Below the pieces are notes generated by a model. That model did no database searches and was not told the DNA's origin. It saw only the letters and a program-made list of their open reading frames with translations. This document shows positions 13,601-27,035 of a stretch of DNA of 64,000 bases, piece after piece. The position numbers were made by a program, and so were the translations under genes. The DNA comes from Octopus sinensis (Eukaryota), in NCBI RefSeq assembly GCF_006345805.1, contig NC_043015.1, forward strand, positions 35,650,001 through 35,714,000, given 5' to 3'. Position 1 is the stretch's first letter. Each line of letters begins with the position of its first letter.

Positions 13601-15129
13601 GAACAACTCGAGTCTCTTATTTATTTTCTCTTAGAGTTTAGGTTTTGTCTTTCACTCCATAATTTTTACACTTCCGCCGGCGTATATCTGAAAAATTGTT
13701 TATATTTTCAGTATCCATTTTATATTTTCTTTTTTGGCTGTTTGGAATAATATTTCGATTTTATACTTCAAGCGTTCCGCCCCACCACACAAAACGTCGA
13801 AAATATATATAATTTAAAATATACAGAAAAATTCTTTCAAGCATATAGATCTGTTTTCCATTTCTGTCTGGTTTTCGCGACAGTATTCTGGAAAGCTGGA
13901 GAGCTAAAGTAAGTAACAACGCAGTTCTAGAAGTGCTAAAAGGTCAAGACACAGAGTGAGAATCAAGTCGAGAGAGCTGGACATATTTTGGACAGACAAT
14001 GGTCCATAGATCATTTCCCAAGACCCTCCTGGCAATTAATGTGTGTGTGTGTGTGTGTGTGATGATGGTGGGGTTTCAGGGGATGGAGAGCAAGACGTTT
14101 TTTGACTGACGACAGAAAAATATATACCGAAAACAAGAGCCTGGTTGATTGTTTGCTAAAGTTAACTGGAGAATCTTGAAAACTCGAACAATGGACATAG
14201 GGTGTCACTATCTCAGGTCCCTCTCTGATGTATACTGAAGCATTCTTTTTCCTGTTATTATTCGAAAATGCTGGGAAAATTTATTACACGTGGAAGTCGC
14301 AACTGTGTTATGCATGAAATATATTCTTCCTTTCTTAATCCTGGGAAGCCAGAGACATTCCACTTAACTTGTTATATTCCGACTTCGATATATCATGTGA
14401 CCACAAAATATAGTTTGCTTAATCATATGGCGTTCATCGTTTCTGGTAGTAAAATTTCGATATTGCACCAAAATGAAGAATCATTCACTCTTATCTTTGA
14501 ATCCAGCACTCCAATGCCAGTGCCGCGATATTTCTTTCTGTATTACCATGTTATCCAGCTCATTTTAAGAATTGCCCCGGTGAGAGTCTTTTCTTCCCAT
14601 CAAATCATGAACTTCTATTAAACTATTTTCAGATTAGCATCAAGACTTTTCAAATGTTATTCTTCTCCACCTCTGTACACAGATGTCATTTCAGCGGGTT
14701 CTGCATTTGCTGTTTTCTTTAAAGACGCAATAGGGCTTTCCTTCCGCTGTCTTTTGCAGCAAATTATATCTGCTTCCCAATTATGCTTTAGCAGGTAAGG
14801 TTTTTCAGAAACAGGGCCAATTTAAATCTTTGGTCAGGGGAATGGTTCAAATGCTAACGAGGAATGTCTCCATTGGGCCGGTGTGATGCATATTTAGGAA
14901 TAAAATATCTTCCAAGCACTCTACTTATAGGGTACAGACCCATGTTATCCTGCTTGAGCTACAGTTTGTAACATTGACAGATACTTTCACCTCTGACCAC
15001 AGCACATCCGGGACTAATTGATGATTAAAGAATAACTCACTGCTTTCCTCGAATCCTGAATAACCAGGCTTGAGATTCTCAACCAAGGTCAGTATTGATT
15101 TGCCCATAAAACACCTTTTGTTCTTATTT

Positions 15130-15320
15130 ATTTCACTTAGTTGATTCACTCGTTGGACTGCGGCCGTGCGGAGGCACCCCCATGAATCGAACCTAAGTAA
15201 CTTTGTTAAGACCGGTGAATATTCTATCGGTAATTTTTGCTGCACTGCAACGGTTATGAGGATGTAATTAAAACTGTGAAGCGTTGTCGGGGGCAAACAC
15301 AAACCAAGAGACACACATTC
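15130..15320 (-). mobile_element. SINE family A, 3' portion
   Basis: Reverse complement resembles 1539-1658 (attctatcggt...ttttgc...gttgtc). Confidence 0.6.
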
Positions 15321-15361
15321 ATACAAGCGCATATGCAATATAGATAGATATAAAAGAGGGG

Positions 15362-15690
15362 AAAGGACAACCTATCGGTCAAGAATGGGGCTGCACCTAG
15401 AAAGTTACCCTCCGAGGCACAAGTCTGGGAAAGGTTGTTTATGGAAGACCAGCAGTCGCCTATGCATACCAGTCTCCCCTCTCAACGCCACCGATGTTTT
15501 TCAAGAGAAAGGGAACGATCAATACAGCCCGACATCGGTGACGTCGCAGCTCATTTCTACAGCTGAGTAAACTGGAGCAACATGAAATGAAGTAACTTGC
15601 TGAAGGACATAACACACAGCCCAATCCGGAAATCGATCTCACTACTTCATGATCATGAGCCTCACACTTTAATCATTGATCAATGCACCA
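15362..15690 (-). mobile_element. tRNA-derived SINE with CORE-like body
   Basis: Minus strand ggtgcattgatcaatgattaaagtg...gagatcgatttccggattggg head, then caagttacttcatttcatgttgctccagtttactcagctgtagaaatgag. Confidence 0.7.
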
Positions 15691-15714
15691 TTACACACAC
15701 ACATATCAATACGC

Positions 15715-16190
15715 AATTTATTAACGCAAGGAAGTTATTACCTTATCATAATTCCTATTGGGTAAAAAAGTATGGAGATGAGTTATCTGACGTTGCAGTT
15801 GGGAGCTATGATGGTGCAGCAATAGCTGACCTTGTAGGCCATTATATCCTGGGTATCCTTTAAAACGAAATAAGATGGCCTAGGAGTAGTATACAATAAA
15901 GGACATGATACGGATAGAATAAGGGAAACATTATGCAAAATCTTTAACTAGTTAGGCATAGGAACCACAATCAGTACCAGTCTTAGAGAAGTCAACTTCC
16001 TAGATGTGAACATGATCCTTAAAACAGGAAAATTTAAACCCTACCCCAAACCAAACGAGGAGGCCTCGTACATAGACATAGCTTCCTCCACCAGCAGTAA
16101 TTAAAGAAGTGGTTAAAACATTAGCAGGAGCGCCTCCATTTCATCTGCCAACGATGACACTTTTGCAAAAGGCATACTCTATGCGGCATA
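15715..16190 (+). mobile_element. Penelope-like element reverse transcriptase remnant
   Basis: WVKK...DVAVGSYDGAAIADLVGHYIL, DGL, EVNFLDVNMILKTGKFKPYPKPN...YI match PLE RT motifs (MGSYDGAE.CELVG, YRDDGL, VNFLDV). Stops and a deletion are present. Confidence 0.9.
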
Positions 16191-16194
16191 AGAA

Positions 16195-16660
16195 AGGTAT
16201 ATGTACACAGATATATATATATGTATGTGCGTATATCTACATAAATATATATGTATATGTACACAAATATATATATATATATATATATAATATATATATA
16301 TATATATTATATATATATATATGTATATATGTATATGTACACAATATATATATATATATGCACACACATATATATATGAATACACACACATATATATGTA
16401 TATATATACACACATATATATGTATATACACACATATATATATGAATACACACACATATATATGTATATATATATATATGCACACACATATATATATATG
16501 TATATATATATACACACAAATATTTATATGTATATATATATACACACAAATATTTATATGTATATATATATACACACATATATATATGAATACACACACA
16601 TATATATATATATATACATATATATACATACATACATGTACATATACATGCACATACGAT
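16195..16660. repeat. compound (TA)/(CA) microsatellite
   Basis: Directly visible. Confidence 0.95.
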
Positions 16661-17055
16661 GAACGTCTGTTTCCTGCAACCAAGCAACCTCACGCAGCAT
16701 TGGTCAGTGTGAGGCCATAGTTGAATTATCTTCTCCAAGGTGCCGTTCTGTGGTATAGAAGCGGAAATCATGTAACTGCAACGTGAGATTGTTTAACAAC
16801 ATATTCATGTATGAGGCTAAATATATGTATGTGTGTGTGTGTCTGTTTTCTCTCTAATGTATGCGTTTGCTTGTTCGTGTGTGTGCGTGTGTGGAATTTT
16901 TCACTAGACAATATATTTTTCGAACTCTTCAATAATTCCCGAAAACAACCGGAAACATTAAGCACACAAATACGACATGAAGTCCACGGCATAACAGCCA
17001 GTGCCATATTGATTACAGACTCGTCATTTCGTGTGTGTCAAACACTTTCACTCAC

Positions 17056-17100
17056 CACCTTCACATTGGTCGTTTCTATTTGCAGAACACCATTTTAATT
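17056..17100 (-). other. candidate 45-nt exon (phase 1-1, LKWCSANRNDQCEG)
   Basis: Minus strand ttatttag|aattaaaatgg...tgaaggtg|gtgagt; one frame is open. Confidence 0.25.
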
Positions 17101-17343
17101 CTAAATAAGTAGCTTATTTGCGTTCCACTCTATCGTGCTCTTAGATGGAATTTAAACTGATGCCATTTACGTCGTCTTGTGTGACACACACACACTTACA
17201 TGTATATGTAGGTGTGTGTGTGTGTGTATGTATATATATATACACACACATACACATATACAGACAGTTCATATTTTCATATATGAATATATCTAAATGC
17301 GTGTGTGTTTGTGCATATATATATATATATTATATATATGTAT

Positions 17344-17377
<34 letters not shown>

Positions 17378-17682
17378 GTATACACACACAAACAGATATA
17401 TATATATACATACGTATATGTAAATATATATAATCATACATATGTGTATATAAACAGTGTATGTGAACACACTTTTATCGTTCGACATCTACGCATGTAC
17501 ATATTGTATATATATATATATATATACGTATATATATATATACGTATATATATATATAAGTGTATTATATATAAGTGTATATATATATATATACGTGTAT
17601 ATATATACGTATATTATATATAAAACATTATTGGTGAATTGAAGAAATGGAGCTGAACGCAGATTGAACAGAAATCGTTTTA

Positions 17683-17775
17683 TTTCATTCTACACGTGTT
17701 TCGAAAGGCACAAATTACCAAAATCCGATTGAATAATGGGACCATTGTTGTGTCTTTCTCTTCAGGAAGAAAAAA
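17683..17775 (-). ncRNA. type I hammerhead ribozyme (left-arm copy)
   Basis: Minus strand ttcttc CTGAAGA gaaagacacaa..ttgtgcctttc GAAA cacgtg TA gaatgaaa. Confidence 0.8.
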
Positions 17776-18668
17776 GGAAATCCGTTGGAAAAACAAAAAC
17801 AGAACAGAGGCAGAGCAAAAAACAAATCGAACTGTGCTCCTAAGAGCCCATGGCGAAACTGTTTATCAGTGTATGTTGAGAACCGGTGGCTGAAGAATTC
17901 AACAGGTCAGGCATCGGTCAAACATGTGGGTGAGGGTGTATAGATGTTCTTTGTGACCGAGATGTTCTTTTGTTTGCCAGAGGCCGGATGGTAAACGGGC
18001 TCTTACAGTCGGCTTTTCGATGCCCCCATTGGCGGCGTTACACTTATCTGGCCTTTAAATAGCGTTTATAAATAAGACCGGCACCCATAGCCCTTGGTAA
18101 CAAATTCTGAAATAGATTTTAAGATATCTACAATTAACCACTGCAAGGGAAATCACTCCTGTAAGACAAACGGGGCTTGTTTTTTCACAGCGGGGGGTTT
18201 CCTTGTCAAGGTAGGCTTAGATGAACACACACACACACACATAAAACATAAAATATATATATATAATTTCTTTATTTTTTTCTTTCTGCCACCCAACGGT
18301 TATCACGGCAGTAGCCACTGACAGCCGAACGATCAAACGCACACACGTACACAAAAAATGTTTTTCTACCCCTACGCCAACACACACATATATAGAACAG
18401 TATACACACACACACGTCTCTAAGTAGATTTTTTCTCGCCCCTTATAAAACATCCAATATTCTTTAAATAGTCAGAACTTTATTCTCGGTCACAAAGAAC
18501 ATCTATACACCCTCACCCACATGTTTGACCGATGCCTGACCTGTTGAATTCTTCAGCCACGGTTCTAACATACACTGATAAACAGTTTCGCCATGGGCTC
18601 TTAGGAGCACAGTTCGATTTGTTTTTTGCTCTGCCTCTGTTCTGTTTTTGTTTTTCCAACGGATTTCC

Positions 18669-18762
18669 TTTTTTCTTCCTGAAGAGAAAGACACAATATG
18701 GTCCCATTATTCAATCGGATTTTGGTAATTTGTGCCTTTCGAAACACGTGTAGAATGAAAAA
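18669..18762 (+). ncRNA. type I hammerhead ribozyme (right-arm copy)
   Basis: CTGAAGA at 18679-18685; stem II gaaagacacaa/ttgtgcctttc (10 of 11 pairs); GAAA at 18741-18744; palindromic stem III cacgtg; GUA cleavage after 18752; stem I ttttcttc/gaatgaaaa with one bulge. Confidence 0.85.
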
Positions 18763-19199
18763 TAAAACGATTTCTGTTCAATCTGCGTTCAGCTCCATTT
18801 CTTCAATTCACCAATAATGTTTTAATTTCAATTATCCGCACCAACGCACGGTTGCAACGCCAGATGGTTGTACCTCCAACCGTGCTGTTCACTGCTGTGA
18901 TTTTTGCTACTAAGGTATCGGTTAAACTTTTGATTAATCTACTACAAGATTATTCATCTTTCTATTTCACATTATATATATATATATATATATACGTATA
19001 TATATATAGTCACATACATACATATATATGTACGTATATATATATATATATGTATATATAAGAAAGAGATGTATTTATTCATAGGCATACTCAATAGATA
19101 TTTCGGTAATTTTCGCGGTGCCAGAGCTAGTTTAAAATGTCAGATATTATATAGTAATAAGTCAACGCTTTTATTTTCGTAATTTAATAATTTCGCAAG

Positions 19200-19262
<63 letters not shown>

Positions 19263-19689
19263 GTATGTATGTATGTATATACACACATACATACATACAT
19301 ATACATACATATGCGTATGTATATAAATTTAGATTTTCTCTTTAGAATTTATATCTAAACTTCAAACTGATTTGACGGTATGGTTCTGAAGAATCAAAAA
19401 TCGATAGATGAATAGATAAACCAATATCTCTCTATAAATAGTAAAATTTCGCTGAGAATTCTGTGCAAAAGAATGTCTATTCTACAGAGCAAAGGAAATG
19501 GAATACTGCAGTGATATCATTGAAATTGCTATAGAATTATGATTCAAAGATTCACTTAAGAAGAACAAGAAGGAGAAAAGTGAGGAGGAGGAGGAGATGA
19601 ATATGAAGAAATCGAAGACAGAGTTCAAGTGATATTTAACAATCTCATTCGCACATCATAATGTCTAGCTAAACTTTGATGTTATAAGC

Positions 19690-20585
19690 ATATATATATA
19701 TATATATATACATATATATATACATATATATATACATACATAACATAGATATATACATACATAGACATACATAGATATATATACATATATATATACAATA
19801 CATATATATATATATCAACATATATATATATAATATATATATATAGTATATATGCTATATATATACACATATATATATATACACATATATATATACACAT
19901 AGAATATGATACACCATATTATATACACATAATATATACATATATATACCACTATATATATACACATATATACATACATATATACATACACATATATATA
20001 TACATATATCTATATATACACATATATATAATATACATATATACTATAACACATATATATATATACATATATATATACATATATATATACATACAAATAT
20101 ATATACATATATATATACATATATATATATATAATACATATATATATACATATATATATATATATCATTATATATACATATATATATATATATAATACAT
20201 ACATATATATATAACATACATATATATATACATACATATATATATACAATATTATACATACATATACATATATATATATACATATATATATATACATATA
20301 CACATATATATATATACACATATATATATATACACACACATATATATACACACATATACACACATATATATACACACATATATATACACACATATATATA
20401 CACACATATATATACACATATTATACACATATATACACATATATATAAACACATATATATACACATATATATACACATATATATATACATATATAACTAT
20501 ATATATATACATATATATATATGTATACAATATATATATATATACATATATATATACACATATATATATACATATATATATATGT

Positions 20586-20624
<39 letters not shown>

Positions 20625-20702
20625 TATACACATATATATATACACATATATATATATACATATATATATACACATATATATATACACATATATAATACAC
20701 AT

Positions 20703-20736
<34 letters not shown>

Positions 20737-21147
20737 ATATATATATATATATACACATATATATATATACATAAACACATTTACATACGTATTTATGTAT
20801 GCATGCTATATACATTTGTATACAGATATATATGTATCCATATGCAATATTTATATATGCATGATTAAGTAAATTATATCTATTAATATATTATATATGC
20901 AAATATCTATCTGTCTATCTATCAATCCATCTCTGTATATCTATCTATATTTGTGTGTATCTATGTTTATATATATATATATATATATATTAGATATATT
21001 ATATATACATGAATATAATAAAGCAGAAACATAATCATACAAATATATATATAATATATAAATACATAAGTACGTGCAGAAACATTTTCCCCACCTACAA
21101 TTGCATGTAAATATCTATACACAAATGTCTATAAGCCAAAATGTAGG

Positions 21148-21226
<79 letters not shown>

Positions 21227-21527
21227 GTAGTGCTCCAGTAGGCCACTCTCAAAAGAGTGAAACAAAAAAGAATAAAATAATATGTATATGTATATATATA
21301 TATAGATATATGTATGTATGCGAGTTTATATATGCTCTCTTATAGGTATATACATAAGCATCTGCATAAATAAATATGTAATATTTATCTATATATATAT
21401 ATATATATATATATGCATGTATATATATGTGTATGTATATATGTATATATATATACATATATGTACGTATGACTATATATATATATATGTATATATGTAT
21501 ATATATATACATATTTGTATGTATGAC

Positions 21528-21558
<31 letters not shown>

Positions 21559-21732
21559 GCATGTATATACGTATGTATATGTATATACGTATGTATATGT
21601 ATATATGTATATTTATGGATATATATATATATATGTATATATATATATGTATGTATATATATATATACATATATATACATATATATATACATATATATAC
21701 ATATATATACATATATATACATATATATATAC

Positions 21733-21777
<45 letters not shown>

Positions 21778-21780
21778 AAT
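19690..21780. repeat. ~2.1 kb compound (TA)n/(CA)/(TG) microsatellite field
   Basis: Directly visible; source of the spurious YI/CV-rich ORFs. Confidence 0.97.
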
Positions 21781-22461
21781 ATTTCTATTCATTTACGCAT
21801 AAATGTATAAATTCTAAATGTTCTCCAACACGTATTGAGCTTGTTTTTCTCTTGTTTGTGCATTCAAACTCTCCTTCTTTCTCTCTGCTTCTCTCTTGAT
21901 CTTTTTTTCTTTTCCTTCTCTACTCACTGACACACACAAGCACACACACGCATACGCGCTCATTATCGAAAATTCATGTCTTTCTTCATCGAAGTCTGAA
22001 TACAATTGGCGTGAAGAAATGAACGATGTATATGTATATATATATATATATATATGATATTTGAAAACAATTTTAGATGGCAAAAAACAAAGATATCGGC
22101 AAAGTTTTGATAGAAGCTAACGAATGCGTGTTCAAAATTTGTAAATGGCACAAATGAAGGCAACAAAGATATAGAAGAAGAATAAACCATTTTGTGATTT
22201 CCTGCAAATTGTTCGTTCTGCGATTCAATCCATGGATCTTTTTTGTTAATTCTTCAACAGCCATAGTGAAAATATTTATTGTTATCTATATTTGTGCACA
22301 TATCTACATATTTACAGATATATTTTATGCGTATAATTAGATAATGCTCATACATGCTTATCTTTCTCTCTCTCTCACCTCCACTCTCTCTATATATGTA
22401 TATATATATCTATTTGCAGTCCTCATGTTCAGGATGGAGAGATAATTATCTAATTTATATC

Positions 22462-22595
22462 TGATATCTGAAGACGGGGACCGGTCTGTATAATGTCTAT
22501 AGGCCTCCACTACTGGTTGAATATTCTTGTCTTTTTGTGAACTACATCTGCCAACATTATGAAATAATTCTAAGCATCCCGAAACAGCTGACGGG
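22462..22595 (+). ncRNA. degenerate hammerhead-like motif with long stem II insert
   Basis: CTGAAGA cgggga ... atccc GAAA cagctg (palindromic stem III); the cleavage-site U is replaced by A. Confidence 0.45.
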
Positions 22596-23151
22596 CCTGT
22601 AGCACCATACCTTCTTCCCACAATTTTCTGTGCATTTGTACTTAATGTGAATCTTTATAATCTCTCCATCGTCTGAATATTTCCGGTCCTTGTTTTCTCG
22701 CTATTTACACGTTCATATGTAATTTATATCTTGTTTAAGTGGTGTTATTTGCTCGTTTGCGTCGTTACTTCTGTGTGCATGTGTGTGCGTGTATGTATAT
22801 CTTGTGTACATGTGTGTCTACCTGCGTGTGTATGTGTATGCATCTGTGTATGTCTGTGTGGCTATTTGTGTGTGTGTGTGTGTGTGTGTGTGTTACCAGC
22901 TGCTGTACTTAGTTTCGATGTCGCTGTCAACCTTTCCCTTGTAATAATTAATAAGCATATACTTTACTCCAAAGTATTGAGTCATCCTTCAGCTGCGACT
23001 TGAATTATTTTCATATTTTCATGTAGAAGCAAACGTTAATATATGTATGTGTGTGTTTAAACATGTGTGTCGGGGGCGGTGTCTGTCTCTTTATATCAAT
23101 ATGTTCATACTGATAAAGAATCACACACGCATAGAGGTATGTACATGTATG

Positions 23152-23208
<57 letters not shown>

Positions 23209-23731
23209 ATGCGCATGCACGCGTATACTTAATGTATACCAAATATACTTAATGAAAATTAAGTAAGCGACATACTTTAGAATGGATGGTGTTATTAGTT
23301 TCCACAACAAACTTGAAGAATGTTGCGTTTTAAGTACCATATGATACAAATGGTCGATGTACTGAACTTGTCTTGTCCTAAGAGAAAACACGCAAAAACC
23401 TAGCGTAATTGAGATGCTTTGCGAGTGAGTGATGATATAATCTGAAGACATAGTTCAATGAAATTAATATGCTGGTCTTTATATCTCTGTATTTCTCTTT
23501 CCGTGCAAGAGGTTTTAAAACCAAGCGAGAAAACAAAGCCACCTGCCGACAGGCGTAAAACAGCCAGAGGTCTGAACATCACATGACAGCGGATATTTCA
23601 AGATGGCTTGAAGATCATTAACATTACGTCGAATGGCTTTGCAAGAGCAGCCACCTGCCCACTGCTCTGAGTAGCGCAGAAGTATCTATTCTAAAACTAA
23701 TAACCAACGCCTATCCATACCCATACATGTT

Positions 23732-23772
<41 letters not shown>

Positions 23773-24064
23773 TTTATTTCGTAATGAGATAAAAAAAACC
23801 CAAGGCTGTGTAGATTTAAAACATTTATAGACAGAATGTCTGTTTCTATGATATTTATTATATCCCTTCATCGGAGACGGTGTGAGAGGATGGTTAAATA
23901 ATAGTTAATTTAGATAAGATACAAAATAGAGAGTGAGGGGTAGGAAAGAAAATAGTTGTGAGATATGAAGGGATATTGCATTTGTAGATTGATTTTTTTA
24001 GGCAGAATGGTATACATATAATATACCAATACCTTATGATTGAAATCCAATAGAATTTAATATC

Positions 24065-24340
24065 TGTTCAAAATCGTTATCGCAACCATGTCACCAGCTT
24101 CAGGAATATGAGCAAGAAGCATTCAACATCTTTAGCCGATTTTGTGTGGCGACTTAAGGATTATAAAATTAAATAGGATATAATTTGGCCCTTAATAAGA
24201 CACGCAAAGCCATATAATATCCATATCAGGATTCTGCATCTCTGCTCCGAAGAACCTCTATTTTGTAGACTAACTGAAAGACTTTTAATAGGATTTCCGA
24301 AAGACTCTTAATGTGCTTACACACTTATAAATGCACGTTC
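24065..24340 (+). mobile_element. Penelope-like element GIY-YIG endonuclease remnant
   Basis: QNRYRNHVTSFRNMSKKHSTSLADFVWRLKDYKIK*DIIWPLIRHAKPYNIHIRILHLCSEE matches the PLE EN pattern RY.NH..SF...ST.LS..VW.LK...I.W...A.PY. Confidence 0.85.
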
Positions 24341-24814
24341 GCACAATGCAGTAAGGAGGAATTTGAGAAACCGTTAACCGAATTAATAATCGTTAAGGTA
24401 TGCTTGGATTAAATTTCACTCTAGCCTCCCCTATTATTATAAGCATTAAGTAGCAATTTAATTCGCTGTGTGAGCGTATGTGCGCAAAACCCCGCATGAG
24501 TGTACGCTTATATTTTCGTAGATGTTTGTACGAGCGAGTGTACGTGCGCCATACAACCGAAGCGAGGGCGTTTACACAGCCATATCTATTCACTCGCATT
24601 TTAAATACTTTTTCACTGTAATTTACATTCGTTACTTTTTTAATCTGTTATTTAATATTGATCTTATATAAAAATGAAGCTGTACCCTTTAATTTGCCGC
24701 TTTTCTATACACAAACCAAGAAGGCATTTTGCGGAACAGTCGTTATTTTAACAAGATACATCTTGTGATCAACGGGAGAAACATCTACACCGTCGGATAC
24801 TCCTAAAGCAGTTG

Positions 24815-24860
24815 CTAAGTAGCTCACCCATGTTAGATGGGTTGAAACAATTGTAGTGAT
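24815..24860 (+). ncRNA. degenerate hammerhead-like motif downstream of the PLE GIY-YIG remnant
   Basis: Stem acccat/atgggt, GAAA, palindrome caattg, TA; the CUGANGA box is decayed (ctaagta). Confidence 0.35.
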
Positions 24861-25111
24861 TAATAAACATTTTCCTATATTTCGCCAGCTGTTTCTCATT
24901 GATCATATTTATATGTGTGTGTACTTATATATATATACATACATACATACACGCATTGAGTCGAACCAAGGGCAGCTGATGAAGGGGAATATTCCTTGTA
25001 TTGTTTGTCTTGTACTCTGTTTTTTTCGTTGTTAAAAAAAAGTCCGTTTCCTTGTTTGATTTTATGTTTTCGTTTCTCGTGTTCTACGTTTATTTGTGGT
25101 GTTCTGTACTC

Positions 25112-25176
<65 letters not shown>

Positions 25177-25394
25177 TGTATATATATACATATAGATGTA
25201 GGTATGTACATATATGTATGTATGTATGCATATGTTTTATTTGTTAAATTGTTATATATATATTTATATATATACATATCTATACATATATATATCCACA
25301 CACACACATATGCATCGATATAAATACAGATATAGATATAAATATATATCTGCCTGTTTGTGTGTCTGAGTGTGTTTGGCACCCGACCACCACC

Positions 25395-25565
25395 ACCACC
25401 ACCACCACAACGGCCACTTTACACCCCGCATTAACGCCCCCATAACAAAGCGGTTCGACAAACGAAACTAATAGAATAAGTGTTATGCTTTAAAAAGTTG
25501 CAATGCAGTCAATTCGTTCGACTAAAATTCTTCAGAGTGGTGCTAGGCATGGTATCACTAAAACA
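25395..25565 (+). mobile_element. SINE family A, 3' portion
   Basis: gcggttcgacaaacgaaactaatagaataagt...ttcgactaaaattcttcagagtggtgct. Confidence 0.65.
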
Positions 25566-25658
25566 CACTGATGATACGTATTTATACTCTTATATACGTA
25601 TATATATGCACTTATCTACATCGGTCTATCTATCTATTTACCTATCCTAACTGTCTTG

Positions 25659-25706
<48 letters not shown>

Positions 25707-26793
25707 GTGTTAGTGTGTGTGTGTGTGGCCTTGTGTGTATAATTTGTATATTTCCTCTGCATCATATTCTTCGATCTCCTCTTCAACAATTTTCCTTTCT
25801 GTTGCTGTTGCTGCTGCTACTGTTGCTGTAGATCTTATTCTTTATTTCTTTCTTTTCCATCGGTATTATTACTGTTATTAAGTATTCTAAATATTATTCC
25901 CCTCAACTGTACTTAATAACAGATAGAAAACGATTCAAACGAACGCAAATATAAAGCAAACGACGTTTGAAAACAACGGGATGAAATAAACTAGAAAAGA
26001 GAACAACAACAACAGCTACAACAAATAGCAAAGCAACTCCAATAACGACAACAACAACAATGACAACAAACAGAACAACAACAATAAGAAGCAGACAAAT
26101 CAAAATAAGAAGCTGAAAAATAACAAAAGCAGCAACAACAACTACAACAACGTAATTACAATCTAAGAAAGACAAAGACACGAAGAAAAAACATACTTCA
26201 ACGAAATCAACCGAAATGAAAGCTAAATAATAATAATGTTAACAACAAAGATTGAAACAAACGTATATAATATATCAAATAAATGAAAAACAATTGGCAA
26301 ACACAAGCATCAACGCCGCCTATAACACTGCCACCACCGTTGCCCCGAACGACAATAATAACAGCAACAACAATGACCATTATGAAAAGCAACAACTACA
26401 AATAAGAGACAAAATATAACAAAAAAAAGAACAATGAAAATCACAAAATTATAGAAACAACAAACAGCGCATGAAACTTTTGTAGAAGTCAAAATGGCAG
26501 CTACTGAAATAACAAACCATCAAAAATGTATCCCTGTCATGAATGGAAGAGATAACAAAAATGATAAAACAAGCCAAATCCTGTGTAGATGCTGATGTTA
26601 TCTTTATCTGCTTTCATGAAGCGATGCCGCTACAATTGTTGCTTCGCTTCGTTTTATTCTTTTTCACTTTTTTTACATCAATCATGAGTTATTTAAATAT
26701 AATTGCGCCATTATTATTATTATTATTAGTCATCATCATTCTCTTTCTTCTCCTCCTCCTCATTATTATTATTATTATTATTATTTATTTTGA

Positions 26794-26841
<48 letters not shown>

Positions 26842-26894
26842 TGCTATTAATATACATTGTTTGAGTAATTGTTTTTGTTGAGGTAGTTCTTGTT

Positions 26895-27035
26895 ATTCGA
26901 GTTCAAATCCCGCCATGGTGGACTTAGTCTTTCAACATTTCGAGATCGATGAAATACAGTCCGGCCAAGCAACGGAATCGATGGTAGCAACCATTCCCTC
27001 CCCTCAAAACTGCTAGTCTTGCTTCTAGGTTAAAG
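26895..27035 (+). mobile_element. SINE family B fragment
   Basis: gagttcaaatcccgccatggtggacttagtctttcaacatttcgagatcgat matches the 48173-48406 family. A further decayed copy lies at 27410-27555. Confidence 0.65.

Larger units (their letters stand above)
17621..18824. repeat. long inverted repeat: arms 17621-17962 and 18484-18824, 521-bp spacer; likely inverted Penelope pseudo-LTRs
   Basis: The arms are reverse complements differing only by a few small indels. The spacer contains a weak GIY-YIG-like stretch (NHCKGNHSCKTNGAC..., SLNSQ). Confidence 0.95.

Noticed and set aside
14220-14800. Unique-looking stretch with weak RTE-like RYNLLQKTAEGK on the minus strand
   Set aside because: The similarity is too short to call.
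17696-18753. Duplicated short ORFs in the inverted arms (SFSSGRKKEIRWK...)
   Set aside because: They are by-products of the inverted repeat, and frameshifts differ between arms.
19682-21899. Numerous long YI/CV/HT-rich ORFs (also at 5.0, 16.2, 32.4, 44.2, 51.8 and 54 kb)
   Set aside because: Dinucleotide and tetranucleotide microsatellites lack stop codons, so these are not genes.
24950-25110. CTGATGA followed by a hairpin as a hammerhead
   Set aside because: No GAAA/UH follows; at most a truncated pseudo-LTR-like remnant.
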